From positions 800,001 through 864,000 of the forward strand of contig OY762209.1 in the NCBI GenBank assembly GCA_963665295.1: DNA of 64,000 nucleotides. Direction: 5' to 3'. Under the pieces are notes generated by a model. That model was given only the letters and a program-made list of their open reading frames with translations. It made no database searches and was not told the DNA's origin. This DNA is from Syntrophorhabdaceae bacterium. Lineage in GTDB: Bacteria > Desulfobacterota > Syntrophorhabdia > Syntrophorhabdales > Syntrophorhabdaceae. This document shows positions 1 to 9,100 of this stretch, in pieces. Positions within the stretch are counted from its first letter, which is position 1. Every line of letters starts with the position of its first letter. The position numbers and the translations under genes are program-made.

Positions 1-1368
1 AACCCCGATTTTGCCAACATCGTTTGTAGATTCACCGATCTTGAACGAAACACCTTCGCTCCGTCCGTTTTTCAGCACCAGCCGGAAACGACCTTCTGAT
101 TCATCTGTGAAGACATTTCCCACTGTTTTCAACCATTCCAAAAACGATGCAGCATTCAATTCTGGGCCGTACCATTCGACATTCAACCCTTCAGTTGCTT
201 CAGCGGGACGTGAAAGGTATTCCTTCAACGTCACACCGCTTTTTCGTGCCTGCCAGTTTGAACTTCCGAGGAATTCTCGTGCTTCCTCTTCGGAAACAAA
301 CTCTTTTGCGCTGGTTTCAATGATCGCGTCGCTGTATGGTTTGATCGCTTCCGGATAGACCGCGTCCACGAACCACGCATACTTTTCGGAAGATTCCGGG
401 CACATCACGCACCCGACTCGGGACAGACCGTACCGGTAAGCACGGTTGATCATCAAATCATTGTCAAGCAGATAGAGCCACAATTCATGTGCACCCCAAT
501 CTAGAATCGGCATCAGATTGGCTTGAGACGATGTCTTTACCCCTTCACCGATGTCTTCGTAAACGAATCGGCTCAAGCTCTCCTCCCTCCTAACGCCAAG
601 AAACGCCGCCGCTTTGACCGATGTCACTCCTAACTTGTGTTTAAGCTCGATCAGCGCGGGCGCGCTCTTGTGAACAGAGCAACACCATCGGACTGACCGC
701 GACGGCGGGCCGAAGAGCCGCCAGTTTTCCAATGCCGAGGTCTTTGCCGAAACCTTCAAAAACAAGCGACCATCGTAGCGGTTTTGGATTTCTTCCCAAA
801 TGCGGTAGGTATCGGGTAGTTCCATATCTGTGTCACTGAAAACAACCGGTACGTCCAACGGTAGGACTTTGTGACACAGGTCGAGCAGAACCACCGAGTC
901 CTTGCCTCCGCTGAAGCCGATATAAACCGTGTCGCATTTTTTCACGTAGGCGTCGTACATTTCCTTGATACGCTTGAGCGTGTCCACCACCAGCGCGGTC
1001 ATTATGTCACGGTTCTTTGCCACCATCGCATCAACATCTACGGGGTCCAGCCTCTTTCTTTTTCGTGACATCGCGCCTTCGACTGAGCCTTCATCTCCGC
1101 GTATCGTGTCCTTCCATTCGATGTCCAACGGCTTGCCGTAACGCGTTTTGTGAAGTCTCACGATTTCTTCGCCGTGATACAGGTATACGTTCTGCTTCGC
1201 CCAGAGGAGCGGACGCCTCTCCTCGGGATCGAATGCCAACTGCATCTCCAACCCTGTGAGCGCCAGTTCTTCGGCAAAGACCGGGCGGATTTCGCTCGCC
1301 ACGAACTTCCCTGTCTGCGTTATCAGGAGGTACCCACGCGTACGCTTGTCCCACTCGTAACTATACAT
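1..1368 (-). CDS. PAPS-reductase-family protein, BrxP-like (type IV BREX / DNA phosphorothioation); runs off the window at its 3' end
   Basis: Not in the ORF track because there is no stop in the window. Manual translation: MYSYEWDKRTRGYLL...IGFSGGKDS...RWCCSVHKSAP...LGVRREES...RVGCVMCP. Start overlaps the upstream stop (ATGTATAG). Confidence 0.85.
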   Translation of the reverse strand, partial: MYSYEWDKRTRGYLLITQTGKFVASEIRPVFAEELALTGLEMQLAFDPEERRPLLWAKQNVYLYHGEEIVRLHKTRYGKPLDIEWKDTIRGDEGSVEGAMSRKRKRLDPVDVDAMVAKNRDIMTALVVDTLKRIKEMYDAYVKKCDTVYIGFSGGKDSVVLLDLCHKVLPLDVPVVFSDTDMELPDTYRIWEEIQNRYDGRLFLKVSAKTSALENWRLFGPPSRSVRWCCSVHKSAPALIELKHKLGVTSVKAAAFLGVRREESLSRFVYEDIGEGVKTSSQANLMPILDWGAHELWLYLLDNDLMINRAYRYGLSRVGCVMCPESSEKYAWFVDAVYPEAIKPYSDAIIETSAKEFVSEEEAREFLGSSNWQARKSGVTLKEYLSRPAEATEGLNVEWYGPELNAASFLEWLKTVGNVFTDESEGRFRLVLKNGRSEGVSFKIGESTNDVGKIGV

Positions 1369-2827
1369 CCGCGCCCCTCCCCGGCACGATCCCGTTCTTT
1401 TCACAGATAGCAAAATAACGATGACGATTTCCAATGTATTGCCTCACGGTCGAAACCGCGAGACCACTCTCGCTTGCAATATTCTCGATGCCTTCTCCGC
1501 TTTCGACGCGTCTAGCCCACTCCGAGACACGCGGACTGGTGCCGGCGCTTCTGAGTAACCGCCAAGTCGACGACGATAACGGCCGCCCCTCTGCGCCGAT
1601 GATGCTGCCTTCCGCCTCCTGTACTGCAGCGGGTGGCGGCTTCTCCTCGGCCTGATATTCGTCCTGTTTATCGGCCCGCTCCAGCCGCAACCGCCTGTCC
1701 CACAGCGTTTCACCTTCGTAACTAAAACGGTAAAATCCATTTGCAGAAGAAATATTTAACAAGTGCATGGCCAATTTCGAAATCGCCCACGCCTCGCCGC
1801 CGTATTCCACTTGATTCGAATCATCTAGCACAGTGCAAGTGATACGGCGGTCCTTTGTGAGGACCAGTTCCGCGCCAACCGGCACACCAAGGTCACAGAA
1901 ACGCGTGTTCTGACTGCGCACACGTTTGCCCGGCGCGGACAAATCATTCGTTCTTACGCGACGTTTCCTCGTATTTGGAAAGACATCCTCCTCGCCTTGA
2001 TATTGTTTTGCACAGACGCGCATGAAGGCGCCGTTATCTGTCAGGGCGTAAACCTCGCGGAGACGTATACGATAGAACAAATTCAACGCGAATTCTAAAT
2101 TTGCGGCAGACACTTTCTCTTCCAACGCAACTAGCGTATCCACGGCGGTTGTCACTTTTTCCGAAAAATCCTCCGGCAGGTGGATCGCGTCCGTACTAAA
2201 CCAGCAGGGTACCCCGCCGACTTCCGCCGCATGGACTTCCGGCAGGAGTTGCATGCGGATGCCCTCTAGCGCCTCAGCGGTCAGGTGCGGCATCGCCGCT
2301 TCGATTTCATGGAAGGTCATCGTGCCATCCGCCTCTTCAAGCCATTCGGCGATCGTTTCCGAGATTGCCGCCAGACTATCATCCAGGCTAGGTGGGGGCT
2401 GTAAACAAAAACAACCCTCCTTTTGCCACTCCTCGACCGTGAAACCCAAATGCCTCAGAAGTATTGCACAATCCTCAGGCGTGGCAATATGGGGGAGGGT
2501 ACCGCAAAAGCTTCCAAACAGCCGTTTGACCGAAAAGCAACCGTGTTCCACTAGCCATTCGATGGCCTGCCCTTCGAGTGCCAACCGGGCCTCATCGTCC
2601 AAAATCATCTCACGGGAAAACCACAACCCGTTCGCCAGTTCGAACATCTCAGTTTTCAGGTCTTCGATCTGCGAATCCTCGAACGGAACTCTTTGCCGCA
2701 AGAGCCGCACCGCCATCGGATCGAACGACACACCGTTGGGGCATTCCCGCATCAATGCCGCCAAAAGCTCAGCAGTCGTCATGCCGCCCTCCATTCGTGG
2801 ATCAGCAAGCATGGCATCAGATCGCAT
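1361..2827 (-). CDS. Hypothetical protein with a C-terminal RAMA-like (modified-DNA reader) domain
   Basis: 488-aa ORF; segment FCDLGVPVGAELVL...VEYGGEAWAISKLA...NGFYRFSYEGETLWDRR resembles RAMA domains. Coupled to the PAPS-reductase gene. Confidence 0.6.
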   Translation of the reverse strand: MRSDAMLADPRMEGGMTTAELLAALMRECPNGVSFDPMAVRLLRQRVPFEDSQIEDLKTEMFELANGLWFSREMILDDEARLALEGQAIEWLVEHGCFSVKRLFGSFCGTLPHIATPEDCAILLRHLGFTVEEWQKEGCFCLQPPPSLDDSLAAISETIAEWLEEADGTMTFHEIEAAMPHLTAEALEGIRMQLLPEVHAAEVGGVPCWFSTDAIHLPEDFSEKVTTAVDTLVALEEKVSAANLEFALNLFYRIRLREVYALTDNGAFMRVCAKQYQGEEDVFPNTRKRRVRTNDLSAPGKRVRSQNTRFCDLGVPVGAELVLTKDRRITCTVLDDSNQVEYGGEAWAISKLAMHLLNISSANGFYRFSYEGETLWDRRLRLERADKQDEYQAEEKPPPAAVQEAEGSIIGAEGRPLSSSTWRLLRSAGTSPRVSEWARRVESGEGIENIASESGLAVSTVRQYIGNRHRYFAICEKNGIVPGRGADV

Positions 2828-3786
2828 AAATAAACAAGGCTGTCTTTTCGATTCGGTGACATTGGAAAACCTTTCTAAAGCCCTGTCCTTTCCTCGCTCT
2901 TGTGTTTATTTCTGCACGGAGCGTCTTCGTTTAAATCACAGAGAAACACAGGTGGACGACCACTTTGCCTTATTAGTTCGGTGCTAATCTGTGGTTCTGA
3001 ACTATCTCCTTCGTTTTGAATGACCCCTCGATCCTCACCCAACACACCCAGTCATTCTTCTTTTTTACGGTCTTTTATGTCTATCGCGGTAAATGATTTT
3101 CTACTCGTTCGTGGCAACCGCTCATGCCGGGTCCTAACGGTTCCGGCAACGGCACACGGAAATCATATTTGCCTGTAGTGTAAAATGCAAACACATTCTG
3201 AGGCTCAACATGAATATTGAACTTGGAGATTTTATCCATACCACGACTTGTTCTGCCCTTCTTGAGCAAGATGACGGAATGCTGAAGATCCACGTCTGCC
3301 GTGACCCCTGCACAAGCATTTTCATTATATCTGATGAAACCTAGCCTTTGTCTCAGGTTGTACCACATATTTCCGGATATGACAACTTTTGTTAAAACTA
3401 TAACGAGAACTATCAATTAGGTCACAATATTAACAGGTCAAGGGTACATAGTAAACGATGCGACCTATTCAGAACAGGGAAAACGATCCTTCATTAAACT
3501 CTTCATCGGGGCATAGAGGTGAACTACAAGAAGCCTCGTCTCTAAAAGTCTGATCCCTCCCACAAGGCCTGTCTCTGCCAGTCACAAGGCGGTCAACGAA
3601 GAGAAACCTTTCTCGCTCCCCAGCGGTCTGCCTCCTCGCACTCGCCACGCCGCGTACGTCATGTCGCGATGCAGGGAGTCACTATTCAATTCCGGATGCC
3701 CTTCTCCTTTCTTTCCCCGAGGCTTTGTGAGGGAAAGAAAGTTTTTTTAAGGGGAAATACCCCTAAATTCCTGCAAGGAGGGCACT

Positions 3787-4620
3787 ATGAATACTGATTC
3801 AAGATTGGTTTCCATGACACTCGACCAGGTGCGCGCCGCTGCACCTTCCGTATTTGCGGATCACCCGTGGGAAGGGGTTTCAGAGAGATATGCTTTTATC
3901 CCTACCTCGTCGGTGGTTGAATCCCTTACAGCCGAGGGATGGAATATCACAGCGGCAAAACAACAAAGGGTACTCTTGGAGGATAGAAAAGCCTTTACCC
4001 GCCATATGCTGCGGTTTCGCCGGGATGATGCCCTTACTCTGGCCGTAGGAGATGTCTTCCCCGAGATAGCCCTTACCAACTCCCATGACAGAGGTTCGGC
4101 TTACCGGATGGATGCCGGATTATTCCGTCTCGTATGCACCAACGGCCTTGTGGTGGACGACGCCACTTTCGCAAGACTTTCTATCAGACACGCAGGGAAC
4201 GTGCTTGATGATGTCCGAAAGGGAGCGGACGACATTGCAAAAGAACTTCCAAGGATCATGGGAGAGGTCCGCGACATGCAGACCATAGAGCTTAGCCCTG
4301 ACGAAAGAGGAGTATTCGCAAAAGCCGCCATGTCCCTTAAATTTGATGAGTCGATACCCGTTGAACCGTACCAGGTCCTTGCCGCAAGGCGATATGGTGA
4401 TCAAAACTCAGACTTGTGGACCACTTTCAACGTAATCCAGGAAAACGTAACGAAGGGCGGCTTAAGGTATGTACTCCCCGCCCACACCACCGAGGACGGC
4501 ACCCGCGTTCGAGCCAGAAGAGCAAGGACCCGAGAGGTCAAAAGTATCCGGGAAGACACGAAGCTCAACAAGGCCCTTTGGATGCTGGCCGAGGAGATGA
4601 AACGGTTGAAGGTGGTCTGA
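3787..4620 (+). CDS. DUF932 (YafZ/YfjQ/YubP-like) mobile-element protein
   Basis: APSVFA...SERYAFIPT, NSHDRGSAY, GLFRLVCTNGLV, DLWTTFNVIQEN, LNKALW motifs; AGGAGG RBS. Confidence 0.9.
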   Translation: MNTDSRLVSMTLDQVRAAAPSVFADHPWEGVSERYAFIPTSSVVESLTAEGWNITAAKQQRVLLEDRKAFTRHMLRFRRDDALTLAVGDVFPEIALTNSHDRGSAYRMDAGLFRLVCTNGLVVDDATFARLSIRHAGNVLDDVRKGADDIAKELPRIMGEVRDMQTIELSPDERGVFAKAAMSLKFDESIPVEPYQVLAARRYGDQNSDLWTTFNVIQENVTKGGLRYVLPAHTTEDGTRVRARRARTREVKSIREDTKLNKALWMLAEEMKRLKVV

Positions 4621-4959
4621 CTATAAGCCCACCCGTGGGCATTGTACGCGGGCCGGACCCTTACGGGTCCGTAGTCTAGGCCTAAGATCCGCGCACACAA
4701 TACCAAGCGAGACCTAGGAGGGAAAGCCGATCTGTCTGCGCCGAGGTTTCCAGAAGGGGGTTTTGGTGTGTCCGAACCGTGACACGGATGACTGAAAAAC
4801 ACTGGACTAAACGGGGAGAATGAAAATTAATGCTCCGATGACGAATCCGTCACAAAAATCAAAATAGTTAGGCTCTTTAGCTGCAGTAGCAAACTAATGG
4901 GCTTAGATCGTTGCAAAAGCGAAATACGGATTGAATTTTACCGTTTGTTACATTTTTGC

Positions 4960-4988
4960 TTGAACTAAAATATCGAATGTATGATAAT
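4960..4988 (+). promoter_or_regulatory. Putative sigma-70 promoter of the PRTase / HD-KaiC operon
   Basis: TTGAAC-17 nt-GATAAT in an AT-rich intergenic stretch. Confidence 0.4.
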
Positions 4989-5183
4989 CACCAATAGTAT
5001 AATAAGAGCTATTAGCGTGGGAAAAGGGCGGAAAGGTTCAAAGAGCTAACATACCCCCGACCTTTCCCATCCGTTACACCTGCCGAGACCAGGCCAAAAA
5101 AAAGGTTGAGCAGCAGAGGACCGGGCTGTTGTTGTGCTGATCAAATAGTCTACTGCTGAACGTGCTTGTTTCCGGGAGTTGGG

Positions 5184-5236
5184 GTCTGCTGATAGAGGAG
5201 TCGTTTTTCCTCTATCAGCAGACAGAATCCTTTTTT
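5184..5236 (+). terminator. Perfect 16-bp hairpin with downstream T-tract in the operon leader (terminator or attenuator)
   Basis: GTCTGCTGATAGAGGA-8 nt-TCCTCTATCAGCAGAC, then AGAATCCTTTTTT. Confidence 0.55.
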
Positions 5237-5420
5237 CCTTAAAGTCCGTTTCTAAGAGAAACCTGTTTGCTCACGTCGATCTTCTTTTTTGGGGTCTCGA
5301 GAGACGTGCCGTAACGGACAAAGAGAAAGGCGGATCGGGCAACCAGATGTTGCTTTGTTGGTTGGGGAGTTCTCTGCGGCAGATCGTCTATTCGGTGATC
5401 CGAAACAACGAGGATGCTCG

Positions 5421-6020
5421 ATGGAAACAGTACTGACGATAGTCTTTGGTATTATTGGTGGCGTTGGCGCAGCGCTCACCGTCTACTACGGCCGAAAATC
5501 AGCTCGTCTTGAGCGCGAGCGTGAGACGCTCTCTTGGAATGACGTGCAACTCGCCGCTGACGACCTCGCAGAGGACATCCGCAAAAGCCGGTTCCAACCG
5601 CAATTCATACTTGCTCTTAACACACGTGGCGGAATTATTGCCGAATTTGTCGCGCAGAATATGGCCGATTCTTTGCCCATAGTGGTGGGCATTACGGAGT
5701 GGAGAGATTTTGGCTATAATGCATATGATCTGAAGCAGTACGATTCGTTTGAAACAACCAAATGGCGCGTATCCATCCCTTTAACGGTCTATGACAATAC
5801 AGACAAGAACGTATTGATTGTAGATGATCTGGTCATGTCCGGAGATGCGATGGAGGAAGCCCGGAAAAGACTTGCGGAGAGGGGATTTACGAAAGATGCA
5901 ATCAGGACTGCCGCCATTGTAGTCACCGACGTGGCAATCAAAACCCATAAGGCGCCGGACTACCATTGGCGCCAGACTGATTCGTCGAGTTTCTATTTTC
6001 CATGGGGTAAAGCACGTTGA
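5421..6020 (+). CDS. Type I phosphoribosyltransferase-fold protein with an N-terminal transmembrane helix
   Basis: METVLTIVFGIIGGVGAALTVYY hydrophobic N-terminus; SWNDV, TRGGII, PRPP loop VLIVDDLVMSGDAM, C-terminal FPW (Gpt/Hpt-like). Start placed at ATG 5421 after GAGG. Confidence 0.85.
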   Translation: METVLTIVFGIIGGVGAALTVYYGRKSARLERERETLSWNDVQLAADDLAEDIRKSRFQPQFILALNTRGGIIAEFVAQNMADSLPIVVGITEWRDFGYNAYDLKQYDSFETTKWRVSIPLTVYDNTDKNVLIVDDLVMSGDAMEEARKRLAERGFTKDAIRTAAIVVTDVAIKTHKAPDYHWRQTDSSSFYFPWGKAR

Positions 6021-6139
6021 GGCTAAAGAGGTGTTTGATCCAAGTAGATACGGTGAACCCTCTGATAAATCCTGCCCGGAAAAGACTTGCTCCGCTGCAG
6101 TCATGTCGTGGACTCAAATAATTGAGAGGGAGGGGTTGA

Positions 6140-9100
6140 ATGGACTCAGATGAAGTGAACTTCGAGATGAACGATGATAGGCACAGGGCTGTTTGGGACC
6201 AATTTTGTAACGGCGATCCAGGCCAAATAGATTTCAAGAACTATCAGAGTGTCCTTGAGACTCTCCTTGAAGACACCGATGCCGATCTGTACCCACAGTA
6301 TCGTAAGATCAAGGAGTTGATGCATGATGCGTACGAAAACGAGGATTTGCGCCTCCACTTTATCGACAAGAAGGATCATTCTCACGAAAATCGTATCCTC
6401 AATTATCTGGACAGATTCCTGTTTGAAGCCGGCCCCGTCGATGAAGCAGGAAAGTCCTTCCCCGTAGTAAAGCTTACGCCGGAACGCATCTTTGTGCTCC
6501 TCTGCGCAGTACAACTCCACGATTATGGCAAAACCCGCTGGCAGCTAACGATCTACTCCTTGATTAAGGACGTTGCGGATTGCATGAAGGATAATGATAA
6601 CAAATTATTCGTCAAGTACAACGAAAATGGTCAGATTCTTTTGACTATAAAGGCCAGGGCCAAGGATTTGCACGACGAAACCGAACAGTCTGACCTAAAG
6701 AATCTGGCGAAGCAGTTATCGGATCTCCACAGCTTGATGGATGCGGTCGATATAAATGACCTGGACATAGATGCTTTTGGACGCATAGAGGACTACCATT
6801 CGCACAACATACGCCATTTCTTGGACGCGATCATTGAGGCCAAAGACCCGAAGAAGCTGAAAAAGGGCTTCAAGGGAAAAGATTTTGTCCTTAGACATAT
6901 TATTCCAGGTGGCACTGATGAGGATAAGGCAGAAGCGAAGCTGGTCGACCACTTGGGCTCCTTAGACAATAAGCATCTGGAAAGGATCAAGTCCATAGCG
7001 AGTGCCCATAAACCCTTCAAGCGTCGTGAAGGCAAGGATGGGGTGGAAGACTGGTACTATAATCAAGCGGAAGACGAAGACAGATGGCTTTGCGCTTTGC
7101 TGCGCCTTTGCGACTCCCTCGACATGGACAGACGGAGAGTGATCGAGAAGAAAAAGAGAGATCTCACCTATCTGCTCGATGAATACTATAAACAGAAAAC
7201 GCCTAATGGAGAGGTGGTGGACGATAACAGGTTGCGCGTTTTTGCTATCTGGACCAGGTTTCTGTTGGTAAAGGAAATAGGCATTCTCCATTCGAACGAA
7301 GACAAGAAGAAACACCGTATTGACATATTGCTAACCTACTATCAATTCCCGAACGCAGACAAGTATTTCTTCCCCCTCCGTCACATGGTCGAAAAGGATT
7401 TCATGAATAAGAAATTCCTGCTCGACATACTGGATGATGGCCAGGGAAAGACAGGGGGTCTGAGAATAAACCTAATGTACCGTATTCTCATGGAAGAAAA
7501 CCCGGACTATCCGGCCATCAATATAGATGACAGAATGGGTAAAATATTCGAGAAGGCTGCGAACAAACATCCGACCCCGGATATCCGCGAGAATGGTGAG
7601 CCCGACAACCCGGTGAGAAAACACTTTACCCCGATCTCGGAAGACGATCTAAGGTTCGTAGCCTTTGAGCGTGACGCCATTGAGCTGATCGGTGAACCTG
7701 ACGAAGACAAGAAGTATCTTTATCTTCCCAACTCTCTCAACCTCTATTCTTTTCTTAACCATTTCAAGGACGGCGATAGGATATCGCCCGAACCGCTGTC
7801 GAGACACCTCTTTTCCAATTCCAAGGTAAATCCACTCAGTCATAACTATCTAAGAGACAATATAATTCGCCAGGCTGGCAATCTTCAGGAATACGTATTT
7901 GATGGACGCGTGCTGGAGATCATGGGTCCTCTTTTCCGCGTCGCGTATCGTCATCCTATTCTCCTTAAGAGCAAGATTGATGAAATAGAGAAGTTTCAGC
8001 ACATTATGCCATTCTCTAGAATGGATGGACCGAAACGTATTTCCAGCGGGATACCCGGCCTTCAGGAAGTGATCTCAGATTCGGAAGCTGGGGGAGGGAT
8101 AGTGCATTCAAGAAACATCCTGATTAAGGGCGGACCAGGAACGGGCAAAACGACAATAGCACTCCAGATCTTTCAGGAGAACTTGAAAGATAACTACCCA
8201 AGGTTCGCCGGGAGGCAGGTCCTTTATATAACCTTTGAAGAAAATCCGACGAGGATTGAGACGGAGTGCCGCAAGTGCTTTGGATGGTCAATCGAAAAAC
8301 ACCGGATATTGCAGCTCAGGATGAAGGAAGGCAACTTCCAGATGAGCGCTTCACAAGATTTACATTCAGAAGAAAACGCCAGGTTGGCTGCCAAGATTTT
8401 CATGAACATCGTGGATGACTACCATGCGGAAGTATTGTTTGTCGACAGCCTGAACCAGCTCTGCTCATTCTTGAGGAGTAAGGAGATTGATGGCAAGAAG
8501 GCGATAAAGTACATATTTGATGAGATGGAAATGCAGCACATAACTGCCTTCTATCTCCTTGAAGACGAAGAAGAAAACAGTTTTGAAGAGTACGCCGCGG
8601 ACGGGATCATCTATCTTGAAAACAAGAGGGGCAAAAGAACACTGGAAATACGTAAGTTGAGGATGCAGAAGTTCGTCCCAGGCAAGCACAGCTTCAGAAT
8701 AATGGATACCGCCGCACTAAAGGGTAAGCAGGAGATCGAAAGTAAGTGGCTGCAGCCGGGGGTCAATCTTTTTCCCAACGTAGAAACCTATGCCGAGCGG
8801 ACGTACGCCGAAATACCTCACGATTCAAGCCAGCGGATAGTCAAGACCGGCATCGAGGGGCTCGATGGACTGCTCCCCATTTCACCTGAGAGACCAAAGG
8901 AGGGGGGCTATCTCAGGGGCAGCGTTGTTCTCGTCATAGGAAGCCCCGGCAGTGGCAAAACAATATTCGGACTACAATTCGCCAAGCAGGGGATAATGGA
9001 GAAGAAGGAAGAGGGGAAATGCCTTTGGATCAGCTTTGAGGGCGGAAGAGCTGAGCTCCAGTTTGCTGTCGGGAGATTTCACCCGGGCCTCAGATTTAAC

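Noticed and set aside
3081..3416. 111-aa ORF
   Set aside because: Weak start, AT-rich intergenic character and no recognisable domain
5289..5420. N-terminal extension of the PRTase ORF from TTG 5289
   Set aside because: No RBS; ATG 5421 has GAGG and places the TM helix at the N-terminus
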